Assembly (NCBI GenBank): GCA_965205675.1 | Contig: OZ242186.1 | Span: forward strand, 1,536,001-1,600,000 | Length of the DNA stretch: 64,000 bases | DNA from: Nitrosopumilus sp. | GTDB taxonomy: Archaea > Thermoproteota > Nitrososphaeria > Nitrososphaerales > Nitrosopumilaceae | Direction: 5' to 3' | Shown here: piece by piece, positions 31,098-40,696 of the stretch | Layout of the letters: each line of letters opens with the position of its first letter | Position numbering within the stretch: the stretch's first letter is position 1 | Made by a program: the position numbers and the translations under genes | The notes under the pieces: generated by a model | What the model saw: the letters and a program-made list of their open reading frames with translations, nothing else | Databases searched by the model: none | Told to the model about the DNA's origin: nothing

Positions 31098-31489
31098 TCA
31101 TATCCCCTTCAAGTTTTTTCTATTTAAATTTCTGTTTAGTGGACTTGGAAATCATCACATAAACTAAACCAATCAAAGTGTGTACTTGTCGTATCAAGAT
31201 TCTTGAAAGAAATAGTGCTATTTTAGACTAGTTTCCTGTTTAATTGTGGTATTATTTTATAATAAATCTTTATTTTTGCTCTGATTGTTTGTATTGCATC
31301 ATCAATTTTGAATATGTTGATAAATTTAGAAAATCAAGTATGATTAGTATAAAGTGAAATAATTCAGAAGAACCATTAAAAACAATATCTGCATAAATAA
31401 CTAAATTAATTTAGAATAATTTGTTGTTACATTGCAGAGTCAAGCTTTTGAAGTTTGCCAGTTGTTTTTTTCTTTATTGTTTTTTTCTT

Positions 31490-32095
31490 TATTGTTTTTG
31501 ATTTTTTAACAGATTTTTTTTCAATTGATGTGAATTTGAGTTCTGGTTGAAGTCCCCACTCCATTTCTTCAAGTTGTTTTTGTAGTTTTATTGTTTCAAC
31601 ACATGCAGTTGTTATTTTTGTAATAAAATAATTAATTCTTCTTTATGATCTGTAAAATTATATGTACTGAATTTTTTACATATTTCTTCAGAATTTGATC
31701 CTTTATCTTCAAACATGTGATTTTTGGATTCCTTATAGTTTAATATCCACCATAAAGGACTTTTTGATACTAGAGTATATTCTAATGTTTCTATTGGTAT
31801 TTTTTCAAGTGTTGTTTTATTATCTATTTTAATTTTTATTGTAGTGTTATTTTGTTTTGTTATTATTAGGCTCAAAGAATTTTTATTTTTTGATATTTTT
31901 GTGTCTGTTCTTTTCAAATTATATTCGGGAACATCATTGAAATTATAATGCATATTGAATAATTGTTTACCAATATCTGAATATTTTTGAAATTTATGTT
32001 AGATAAAGTAAGATCTTCTTTAATTTTTGGATGATTTGATTTGTGTTTTTAAGGTATGATGCATCTTGTAGATTTTTAATTAATTATTTTCTTTT
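31490..32095 (-). pseudogene. C-terminal remnant of a Type ISP (LlaGI/LlaBIII-like) restriction-modification enzyme
   Basis: Frameshifted pieces SDIGKQLFNMHYNF, IPIETLEYTLVSKSPLWWIL, LIILLQK/TACVETIKLQKQL resemble the Type ISP specificity domain (from recall). Confidence 0.6.
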
Positions 32096-32135
32096 AGAAA
32101 TAGATTTTTATTCAATTTACAAGAATACGTTGCAG

Positions 32136-33803
32136 ATGGGTCTTAATTATTATCAAATCAAGAAAGATATTCTCAGAGCCCGTAAATTAGTGATAAAGGG
32201 AATCAATACTGCAGGATCTGGCCATCCTGGCGGTTCATTTTCGATGGCCGAAATTTTAGGATGTTTATTTAACAAGTATCTAAAATTTGATCCTAAAAAT
32301 CCTCAATGGGAAGATAGAGACCGTTTAGTTTTATCCAAAGGACATGCTGCTCCAGGATTATTTTCTAACATGGCAGTTGCAGGATATTTCCCAGAATCTG
32401 AAATTGAAACATTACGAAAATTTGGCAGTAAATTACAAGGACATCCAGATTTAAAATGTCCCGGAGTCGAATTTTGTGGAGGCTCTTTAGGTACTGGCTT
32501 GTCATACTCTGTTGGCATTGCACTTGCAGCAAAAATTGATTCCAAAGATCATCATGTATACACAATCATTGGGGATGGAGAGTCTGATGAAGGACAAGTT
32601 TGGGAGGCGGCCATGACTGCTGCAAAATACAAGGTTGACAATCTTACAGCGTTTCTTGATAGAAATTTCATTCAACAGGATTCATACACTGAAAAAATTA
32701 TGCCTCTTGATGAAAATTTAGAGGGTTCTAATATTTCTGAAATGTGGAAGGATACATCACGTTGGAAAACTGGTGATAAATGGAGATCATTTGGTTGGAA
32801 TGTTATTGAAATAGATGGACATAGAGTTGAACAAATTGATGCAGCTGTTGCAAAAGCAAATGCAACAAAAGGAGTCCCCACAATAATAATTTCAAGAACA
32901 GTCAAAGGCAAATCTGTTGAACATATGGAGGATAATCCTCAATGGCATGGAAAAGCTCCCGATTCAGATGTTGTTCCCATAATTAATTCTGAATTAGATT
33001 CGCAATTCATGATTGCACCTTCTATTATTGCAGGAGACATGACAAATTTAGAGAATGAAATTAAAAGATGTATAGCTGGCAGAGCAGATTACATTCATCT
33101 TGATGTAATGGATGGGCAATTTGTTCCGACAAAAACATTTGATCATAATAAAATCAGGGAATTAAGGCCATTAACGGTAATCCCATTTGATACTCATTTG
33201 ATGATTAATGATCCTGTAAAACATGTAAAAGACTATGTTGATGCTGGTAGTGATATTGTTACTGTCCACGCTGAAGTTATTAACGAATCTAGTTTTGGGG
33301 AAATTCATGATATTTTAAAATCAAATCAAGTGGGTGTAGGTTTTTCAATAAATCCTGGTACTGAATTGCCTGAATGGTCATACAAATTCTTACAATCCAT
33401 TGATCAACTAATTGTAATGTCAGTAGTACCGGGAAAATCAGGTCAGAAATACATTGAAGAAACACATGAAAAAATGTCTAGACTAGGCTCTATTTTGAAA
33501 CAACATAGTTTTTCGGGATATATCGAGGCTGATGGGGGTGTCAATCTAAAAAATATAGATTCGATATTTGCTGATGGCGCACGTGTTTTTGTTGGAGGAG
33601 GTGCAATTATTGGTCAGCAAGATGTTCGAGTTGCTATTAGGGATTTTAGAGATGAGATTCTAAAATCAAGACGACGTGGACTGCTTGCTAAAGCAAATGA
33701 TCTGGGGGGAAGTGAGCTGACAAACAAATGGATTGGATTACATGTAATTGGAGGAAAACAAGATCAAATTAAAAAAATTGCACAGGGGGCAGGATACATT
33801 TGA
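32136..33803 (+). CDS. Transketolase N-terminal subunit fused to ribulose-phosphate 3-epimerase
   Basis: SGHPGGS, LSKGH, GDGESDEG (TPP-binding), then IAPSI, HLDVMDGQFVP, DTHLM, EADGGV. Confidence 0.92.
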   Translation: MGLNYYQIKKDILRARKLVIKGINTAGSGHPGGSFSMAEILGCLFNKYLKFDPKNPQWEDRDRLVLSKGHAAPGLFSNMAVAGYFPESEIETLRKFGSKLQGHPDLKCPGVEFCGGSLGTGLSYSVGIALAAKIDSKDHHVYTIIGDGESDEGQVWEAAMTAAKYKVDNLTAFLDRNFIQQDSYTEKIMPLDENLEGSNISEMWKDTSRWKTGDKWRSFGWNVIEIDGHRVEQIDAAVAKANATKGVPTIIISRTVKGKSVEHMEDNPQWHGKAPDSDVVPIINSELDSQFMIAPSIIAGDMTNLENEIKRCIAGRADYIHLDVMDGQFVPTKTFDHNKIRELRPLTVIPFDTHLMINDPVKHVKDYVDAGSDIVTVHAEVINESSFGEIHDILKSNQVGVGFSINPGTELPEWSYKFLQSIDQLIVMSVVPGKSGQKYIEETHEKMSRLGSILKQHSFSGYIEADGGVNLKNIDSIFADGARVFVGGGAIIGQQDVRVAIRDFRDEILKSRRRGLLAKANDLGGSELTNKWIGLHVIGGKQDQIKKIAQGAGYI

Positions 33804-34774
33804 ATGAACCAATAATGACGGACATGCGTTCAGAATATTCTAAATCTTTGATTCAATTGGGAAAAGAAAATCCAAATGTTGTTGTTTTAGGTGCAGATAC
33901 AACTGATTCATTGAAAACCTCCAAATTTGAAAAGAAGTTCCCTGATAGATTTTTCAATGTAGGCATTGCCGAGGCTAATCTTGTTACAATATCTGCAGGA
34001 TTGGCCATGTCAGGAAAAATTCCTTTTGCTAGTACTTATGCCATATTTTTACCTGGTAGAGCAGTTGATCAGATCAGAAATAATGTTGCATATCCGTCAC
34101 CTTTAGGAAAAAAAGGACTTGATGTGAAATTAGTTACATCTCATGGGGGTTTGTCAGTAGGGCCTGATGGTGGATCACATCAACAAATTGAAGATATTGC
34201 AATAATGAGAGCAATACCTAATTTCAGAGTTTTCATCCCTGCAGATACTATTGCAGTTTCAAAGTTAACTTCATTGATGAGTAGAGAGTATGGGCCATTT
34301 TACATGAGAATGGCCAGATCAAAAACTCCTCTCATTCATTCTGATTCTCAAGAATTTCAAATTGGTAAAGGTATTACTTTGCGAGATGGTTCTGATTGTA
34401 CAATTGCTGCATGTGGTATTACCGTTAGAATGGCTTTAGAAGCTGCTGAATCATTACAGCGAGAAGGAATTTCTTGTAGAGTTTTAGATATGTTTTCAAT
34501 TAAACCGACAGACCATGAAATTTTAGAAAAAGCTGCCAGAGAAACGGGGGGTATTGTAACTACTGAAGAGCATAATATTATTGGGGGCATGGGTTCAGCC
34601 GTAGCAGAATCTGTTTCTGAATCTTATCCTGTGCCCATTAAGAGAATCGGAGCACAGGATATGTTTGGAGAGTCTGCACGGGATAATGAGATTCCTTTAC
34701 TTTTAGAGAAACACGGGATAACATCTTTTAATATAGCAAAACAAGTTAAAGAAATTAGGAGTAAAAAATTATGA
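33800..34774 (+). CDS. Transketolase C-terminal subunit
   Basis: FNVGIAEANL, GPDGGSHQ, TEEH motifs. Confidence 0.92.
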   Translation: MNEPIMTDMRSEYSKSLIQLGKENPNVVVLGADTTDSLKTSKFEKKFPDRFFNVGIAEANLVTISAGLAMSGKIPFASTYAIFLPGRAVDQIRNNVAYPSPLGKKGLDVKLVTSHGGLSVGPDGGSHQQIEDIAIMRAIPNFRVFIPADTIAVSKLTSLMSREYGPFYMRMARSKTPLIHSDSQEFQIGKGITLRDGSDCTIAACGITVRMALEAAESLQREGISCRVLDMFSIKPTDHEILEKAARETGGIVTTEEHNIIGGMGSAVAESVSESYPVPIKRIGAQDMFGESARDNEIPLLLEKHGITSFNIAKQVKEIRSKKL

Positions 34775-35436
34775 AAATTTTCCTAGATACTGCAAATCTT
34801 GAATCTATTAAAAAATTTAATGATATGGGATTGTTAGATGGAATTACGACTAATCCTTCTCTCATGTCAAAAGAAGGCGGCAATCCAAAAGATGCCATGG
34901 AAGAAATTACAAAAATAATCAAAGGCGACGTAAGTCTAGAAGTTGTCAGTACTGAATACTCTGGAATGATGCAAGAAGGTAAACGTCTTCGTCAATATGG
35001 AGACAATGTTGTAGTTAAAGTTCCTATGACTCCAGATGGACTAAAAGCATGCAAGTCTCTTTCTTCTGAAGGGATTCCGGTTAATGTCACATTGATCTTT
35101 TCTGCAAACCAAGCTTTACTTGCTGCAAAATCTGGTGCAAAATATGTTAGCCCATTTATTGGAAGATTAGACGATGTTGGCCAAGATGGAATGCGATTAA
35201 TTTTAGAAATTAAAGAAATTTTTTCAAATTATGATTTTGGAACTCAAATTCTTGTTGCAAGTGTTCGTCATCCACTACATGTAGTTGACGCTGCAAAAAT
35301 AGGTGCTGATGTTGTTACATTGCCTCCTGGTGTATTAAATAAAATGTTATTACACCCATTAACAAAAATTGGCTTGGAGAACTTTCTTGCTGATTGGGAC
35401 AAACTAAAATCTGGAAATTCTGATATCAAAATATAA
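34771..35436 (+). CDS. tal: Transaldolase / fructose-6-phosphate aldolase family
   Basis: IFLDTAN, GITTNPSL, VVKVP, YVSPFIGRLDD. Confidence 0.9.
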   Translation: MKIFLDTANLESIKKFNDMGLLDGITTNPSLMSKEGGNPKDAMEEITKIIKGDVSLEVVSTEYSGMMQEGKRLRQYGDNVVVKVPMTPDGLKACKSLSSEGIPVNVTLIFSANQALLAAKSGAKYVSPFIGRLDDVGQDGMRLILEIKEIFSNYDFGTQILVASVRHPLHVVDAAKIGADVVTLPPGVLNKMLLHPLTKIGLENFLADWDKLKSGNSDIKI

Positions 35437-35496
35437 TAAAATTTAGAGAATAACATCAAACAAAAATTCCAAAAATGAAGAATTGATGTAATTCTA

Positions 35497-35757
35497 TTAT
35501 CCTTTACTTTTTCTAGAACCTGTACCTCTACCTGTACTGATTGTTCTACCTTTTGTACTGGCAGATTTCTTTGATTCAGGCATATCTCCTAGCTTTCTAG
35601 AACCAGTTCCGCGACCTGATGACACCGTTCTATTTGATGCTGCTTTCTTTCTTGCTTCTTGGATCTTTTTGAAATCATCTCCAGACCATTTTGAAGCATC
35701 GTCGTCAACTTCAATAGTTCCTGTGCCTCTGCCTGTTCTAATTTTAATTTTCCCCAT
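35497..35757 (-). CDS. Small basic protein with three GRGTG motifs
   Basis: 86 aa: RTGRGTG, SSGRGTG, STGRGTG. Confidence 0.65.
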   Translation of the reverse strand: MGKIKIRTGRGTGTIEVDDDASKWSGDDFKKIQEARKKAASNRTVSSGRGTGSRKLGDMPESKKSASTKGRTISTGRGTGSRKSKG

Positions 35758-35823
35758 AGTCTAGATAAAATTATCTTGTATTTATCTAAGCTCATTTTTG
35801 CAAATAACTCTAGATTTTTTATT

Positions 35824-36846
35824 TTAACTACTGATCCAACCCAATTTTTTAAAATATGTAAACATCATGATTGCAGGTATCGCCGATGCAATTATTACAA
35901 CTATGAATGTTGTAAATGGCCCTAAAACCATCGAGTTATCTCCAATACCTCCGGGCAGATCAACATTCATTCCATAAAATGTCCCAATCACTGTTGATGG
36001 AATTGCCAAGGTGAAAATTATTGTCAATACTGCAAGGACTTTGTTAGTTTTTTCAGTACTTAGCACAAAATCGGTATCTTTGTAAATTTCCATAGTTTCC
36101 CTTGATTCTTCTAACGTTTCAATCACTTTGTCAATGTGGTCAATTACGTCATCATAGTATAATGTGAGTTCGTCATCTTCACTGCCTGGAAATCGTTTTA
36201 CATGTTTTGCTATTTCTAGCACAAATTTCTTTAATGGATTAGATATTCTTCTTAATTTGTTAATCTCTCGTCTAAGTAGAGCAATACTTCTTGCTACTGG
36301 TTTTGTTTCATCAAAAACCCGATCTTCAATTTCATCTAGATTTGCAATAATTTTTCTTGACGTATGCAACAGATCATCTACTAGAACATCTATAATCTCG
36401 TGAAGTAACAATCCTGAAGATTTACCTAGCAATCTTTCTTTTCTTTGTTGATCAGAATGAGTTTTACAAATTTCCACTAATTCTACTAGAGGTTTAAGAT
36501 CTCCTTGATGAACAGTAACTAGGAAATCTTTTCCTATGAATATTGATAACTGACTATTTTTTGATACTCCTATTTTTTGTGCCAGTGGTGGAAAATGAAG
36601 AATTACAAAGAAATGATCATCATAACTGTCTAGTTTTGGGAGTTCAAATTTAGTCATACAGTCTTCTATGTTTAATGCATTGAAATTGTATTTTTCAGCT
36701 AATTTTTCAACATCATTTCTATCAGGATTTTGCAAATCAATCCACACAAATTTCTCTCCTTGAATGGTCTCCATCTTATTTTCAATAGGAGTTTTCACTG
36801 ATTTTTTATTCGAGCGTAATCTACTTGTAAGGAATCCTTTTTTCAT
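35824..36846 (-). CDS. corA: CorA family Mg/Co transporter
   Basis: WIDL, two C-terminal TMs with YGMN signature. Confidence 0.93.
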   Translation of the reverse strand: MKKGFLTSRLRSNKKSVKTPIENKMETIQGEKFVWIDLQNPDRNDVEKLAEKYNFNALNIEDCMTKFELPKLDSYDDHFFVILHFPPLAQKIGVSKNSQLSIFIGKDFLVTVHQGDLKPLVELVEICKTHSDQQRKERLLGKSSGLLLHEIIDVLVDDLLHTSRKIIANLDEIEDRVFDETKPVARSIALLRREINKLRRISNPLKKFVLEIAKHVKRFPGSEDDELTLYYDDVIDHIDKVIETLEESRETMEIYKDTDFVLSTEKTNKVLAVLTIIFTLAIPSTVIGTFYGMNVDLPGGIGDNSMVLGPFTTFIVVIIASAIPAIMMFTYFKKLGWISS

Positions 36847-36948
36847 GTCGAAAAATATCTTAATCTAACAAATTTAAAGCGATCGCTACGATATAATCAA
36901 AATTAGTTTAATTTTTAAATTTGAGGCCGATCTAATTTGAATGATTTA

Positions 36949-37029
36949 CTACAACCATGGAAGAAAATAATTAATGCCTGTCCAAACGAGCCCTATCGAT
37001 ATTGCCATTGCAATCCACCACTTTCGCAT
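36949..37029 (-). CDS. Possible 26-aa single-TM peptide
   Basis: MRKWWIAMAISIGLVWTGINYFLPWL with an AT-rich TATA-like element upstream; below the ORF-track cutoff. Confidence 0.35.
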   Translation of the reverse strand: MRKWWIAMAISIGLVWTGINYFLPWL

Positions 37030-37122
37030 ATATCAACTCTTACCTAGTCAATAATAAATCTACAGTCTGATTTTCATCATAATCTTAAAGATTATTACTG
37101 GATGATCAAATTTCTTTTTTGT

Positions 37123-37195
37123 GGCCCTCGTAGTACAGTGGTTAGTATAGAGGATTGTGGATCCTCGGACAGGAGTTCGATTCCCCTCGAGGGCC
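37123..37195 (+). tRNA. tRNA-His (GTG) with genome-encoded G-1
   Basis: G-GCCCTCG...GAGGA TTGTGGA TCCTC...GTTCGATTC...CGAGGGC-C cloverleaf. Confidence 0.92.
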
Positions 37196-37205
37196 CCTCC
37201 GATTT

Positions 37206-37574
37206 TTAAAAAATACCGAATTTGCTTGATTCCATCTCTTCTTTGATGGCAAGTTTGAATCTAGGCGATTTAGATTCCACATTCTTTGTTAACCATGACA
37301 AAAATTTTTTCTCATTTCCCTTGCCTTTCAATTTTTCAAAATCTACGCCCATCATTTCGATTAGTCTCTCAATTAATGATCTGTTCACACTTAACACAAA
37401 AAAATGCCATCCAAACGCAAACTCTGAATCAGTCATAACAAAATCATTCTCACCATGCACCATTTCCTCCAAAAGGGATAATTGATGAGTCAGTGCCTTG
37501 CTTGTTTCATCATAATCTACTGCAGAAACATTGATGTTTAATCTACTGTTCATGTTTGATTTAGATAAAAACAA
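37206..37574 (-). CDS. Conserved hypothetical protein
   Basis: 122-aa ORF with DSEFAFGWHFF motif. Confidence 0.72.
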   Translation of the reverse strand: MFLSKSNMNSRLNINVSAVDYDETSKALTHQLSLLEEMVHGENDFVMTDSEFAFGWHFFVLSVNRSLIERLIEMMGVDFEKLKGKGNEKKFLSWLTKNVESKSPRFKLAIKEEMESSKFGIF

Positions 37575-37593
37575 GATAAAAAGATTACACAGA

Positions 37594-38355
37594 TTATTCT
37601 TTTAAAAGATATTCAAAATCAATATCAAAATGTATTTTCATAATGCTAATGTATGTTTTAATGGATTCTGGAATTTCTTCTCCACATGCTACTCCTAATT
37701 CTCTAGCATTAATCCAAATTATCAGTGTCTGAATAATTGTCAGAAATCTATCATTTTTAACATCTGGCGATCCAATGGATTTGGTGTACCTTTCAGCAAA
37801 TTCCCATGCTGTAACAAAATCTACACATTTTACGCCAAAAATTGTTAATAGTTGTTCTTGCATATTTTGTGCTTTTTTAAATGGAGTTTGATTTATGATG
37901 TAAGGAAATTCCACCTTATTTGGAAGACAGCCTAGAAGAGGGCCCCAAATAGTAATTATCTTGGTTTTAGGTTTTAGTGCTTCAAATTTTTCCATCATAC
38001 TATGAATTATGCTCTCATCTGTAAACCAGAATAAAATCACACTGGCTTCTGAAATATCTGATTCTTGTATATCTTGACAAATTAATTCTGCCTTGGTATT
38101 ATTTTCTTCAAGAGTTTTCTTTGTTTGTTTTATTTTTTCAGGATTATTATCTATTCCAACTGCTTTTTTGACACCAAATTCTTTAACAGCTAATTGAATT
38201 CCTTTTTCATCTTGACAGCCTAAATGATAAAAAATATCTTCTTTATCTAAATTCACAAATTTAAAAATCTCCCTAAATGATTTTTCAGGTAGCTGGACGT
38301 CTTCACCACTAAGTAAATTGTCTGGTAATGTTTCTAAATATTCTTCAATTTTCAT
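37594..38355 (-). CDS. Class I SAM-dependent methyltransferase-like protein
   Basis: FYHLGC, AVGID, ICQDI motifs. Confidence 0.75.
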   Translation of the reverse strand: MKIEEYLETLPDNLLSGEDVQLPEKSFREIFKFVNLDKEDIFYHLGCQDEKGIQLAVKEFGVKKAVGIDNNPEKIKQTKKTLEENNTKAELICQDIQESDISEASVILFWFTDESIIHSMMEKFEALKPKTKIITIWGPLLGCLPNKVEFPYIINQTPFKKAQNMQEQLLTIFGVKCVDFVTAWEFAERYTKSIGSPDVKNDRFLTIIQTLIIWINARELGVACGEEIPESIKTYISIMKIHFDIDFEYLLKE

Positions 38356-38380
38356 TGTGTTTGGTATAATAAACGAGAAT

Positions 38381-38659
38381 TTATTCTCTTATGCTTTCTA
38401 GCTTTGAAACTGCTTGCCATAATTGAGTTCTTACGTATGATGGCATGTTAGGATCTTGTGTAACATCATCTAGTAGACTAATGGTATTTGCGGCCCTAAC
38501 TGATAGAGAATATTCTGGATTATTTAGATCTGCAATCAAGTCTGTAATTGATTTTTTTATTGTTTTTGGAGTAGAGTTGCTGGCTGTAATTTGTTCTAAT
38601 GTCTCAATCGCTTCCTTCATGGATTCTTTATTTTGAGTATCGTCAACCATTTTTATCAT
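38381..38659 (-). CDS. UPF0147 family protein
   Basis: VRAANTISLLDDVTQDPNMPSYVRTQLWQAVSKLE. Confidence 0.88.
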   Translation of the reverse strand: MIKMVDDTQNKESMKEAIETLEQITASNSTPKTIKKSITDLIADLNNPEYSLSVRAANTISLLDDVTQDPNMPSYVRTQLWQAVSKLESIRE

Positions 38660-38686
38660 CTTTTCTTAAAAATTAGAAGTATATAG

Positions 38687-38995
38687 TTACATCTCTACAA
38701 AAACATTGTCTGATTCTACAACAACATTATATGGTGTCAAATCTCTAATTTTTGCTGGGAATTTCATTAATTTGCCAGTCTTACAATCAAATTCTGCTGC
38801 GTGCCACCCACAAGTAATGGTACACCCATCTAATTTTCCTTCAGATAGGCTAGAACCTGAATGAGTACATGAGTCATCTGTTGCACAATACTCTCCATCA
38901 ATATTTGCTACTAATATGTCTCTACCATCAACTGATAGTTTGATCATTTTTCCAGGAGTAATATCTGATGTTTTACCGGCAATAACTTTACTCAT
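38687..38995 (-). CDS. Rieske [2Fe-2S] ferredoxin
   Basis: CTH...CGWH ligands. Confidence 0.92.
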   Translation of the reverse strand: MSKVIAGKTSDITPGKMIKLSVDGRDILVANIDGEYCATDDSCTHSGSSLSEGKLDGCTITCGWHAAEFDCKTGKLMKFPAKIRDLTPYNVVVESDNVFVEM

Positions 38996-39035
38996 TGAAG
39001 TTTTTATCTAATCATTCTTAATAATTTTTTGTATA

Positions 39036-39824
39036 ATGGCAAATCTAGAAATTCGAGAGGCAAATGATTCAGATAAAGTTTCAGTTTTAGGATTTTGTAA
39101 AAATACTTTTTCATGGGGTGATTATATAGAACATGTTTGGAATTTTTGGTTATCAGAAGGTTATTTGTTTTTAGCTCAAAAACCAAATCCTGTTGGAATT
39201 TGTCATGCATTTTATTCTGACAGTCAAATCTGGATTGAGGGAATTAGAATTGAATCCTCCTCTCGTCGTCAAAATATTGCCTCTAAACTGATAAGACACA
39301 CAGAAATTATTGGTTCGAAGAAAAACCTTTCTTTTTCATACATGTTAATTGATACAGAAAATTCTATTTCGATTTCAATGGCAAATTCTTTAAACTATGA
39401 AATTTTTCAAACATGGAATTTTTACTCTATGGAACCAAAAATTAACTTAAATCACAATGCTACCTTTGAAAGATCGTTTAATCACAAATTTTATACTCAT
39501 TATGTCAAATCTTGGAGATGGCTTCCACTTGATGAAACAATACTAGAATCTCTTCATGAACAAAACCGAATTGTTTATTCTAGCATTGGTGGGAAAAACT
39601 CTGTTGCCATTCTCACGGATTCTGAACATTTTGGGAAAACTCTTATTGTCACTTTATTTTCTGGTTCTGATGAATCTGTATGTGAAATTCTTTCTTTTTT
39701 GCAAAATTTTGGTTGGAATAAAGACTATAAAAGAATCCAAATCTTAACTCAAGAAAAATTACCAAATTTTGATTCCTTGGAATCCAAAATTTTATTTTAT
39801 TTAATGAAAAAATCTTTGAATTAA
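39036..39824 (+). CDS. GNAT family N-acetyltransferase
   Basis: IREA, WIEGIRI, RRQNIASKL. Confidence 0.85.
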   Translation: MANLEIREANDSDKVSVLGFCKNTFSWGDYIEHVWNFWLSEGYLFLAQKPNPVGICHAFYSDSQIWIEGIRIESSSRRQNIASKLIRHTEIIGSKKNLSFSYMLIDTENSISISMANSLNYEIFQTWNFYSMEPKINLNHNATFERSFNHKFYTHYVKSWRWLPLDETILESLHEQNRIVYSSIGGKNSVAILTDSEHFGKTLIVTLFSGSDESVCEILSFLQNFGWNKDYKRIQILTQEKLPNFDSLESKILFYLMKKSLN

Positions 39825-40690
39825 TTCGATTTAACGATTTTTATTGTATTGTTCAAAATTCCCAGATTCTCAATTTCCATTTCTATTTTATCCCCATCTT
39901 TTAAGAACACTGCATTTGGTTTGTTTAACATAACTCCAGATGGAGTTCCTGTAGAAATAATATCTCCTTTCTCCAATGTCATTACTTTGGAAATTTTTGA
40001 AATAATTTCTGGAATTTTAATGAACATATTATTTGATGAGGAATTTTGTCTTAATTCTCCATTTACTTTGGTTGTCATTTTGAGATTTTGGGGATCTTTG
40101 ATTTCATCTTTTGTTGTAATCCATGGTCCACAAGGTGCAAATGAATCAAAACTTTTTCCTCTTGTGAATTGTTTATCTTTGAATTGGATATCTCTTGCTG
40201 AAACATCATTGAATACCATATATCCAAAAATTGCATCAAAAGCAGCCTCTGCGCTAATATTTTTACAGTTTTTTCCTACAATCAATGCTAATTCTACTTC
40301 ATAATCTAACTGTGTAACAAAGTCTGGACACACAATATCTGAATTCGTGCTGTTTAGTGCAGTTCGTGGTTTTATAACTAAGGCAGGATCTTCTGGTACT
40401 GGTAACCCTTGTTCTTTAGCATGATCGACATAGTTGAATGCTAAACAAATTATTTTGTTAGGATTGGGAATCGGCGATAATAATTTATATTTTGAAATGT
40501 TTTCTGCATATGGCAAGTCATTGACTTTATTTTTAATTTCATCATACCATCCATCAAAAAGAAAATTCTTAATATTTTGAGGAATTGGCACGCCTGTCAA
40601 GTAAGTAATTTCATCTTTAGTTGATACTTTATCCCCGTTAACAAAGCCATATGTTTCATTATTATCATGTACTAGTCGTGCAATTTTCAT
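39821..40690 (-). CDS. Fumarylacetoacetate hydrolase family protein
   Basis: NYVDHAKE, DYEVEL, NDVSARD, GKSFD, GDIISTGTPSGV. Confidence 0.93.
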   Translation of the reverse strand: MKIARLVHDNNETYGFVNGDKVSTKDEITYLTGVPIPQNIKNFLFDGWYDEIKNKVNDLPYAENISKYKLLSPIPNPNKIICLAFNYVDHAKEQGLPVPEDPALVIKPRTALNSTNSDIVCPDFVTQLDYEVELALIVGKNCKNISAEAAFDAIFGYMVFNDVSARDIQFKDKQFTRGKSFDSFAPCGPWITTKDEIKDPQNLKMTTKVNGELRQNSSSNNMFIKIPEIISKISKVMTLEKGDIISTGTPSGVMLNKPNAVFLKDGDKIEMEIENLGILNNTIKIVKSN

Positions 40691-40696
40691 AATGAA

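Noticed and set aside
32136-33803. Transketolase-Rpe fusion as a novelty
   Set aside because: To my knowledge this is the usual arrangement in Nitrosopumilaceae, and it sits in an ordinary pentose-phosphate operon
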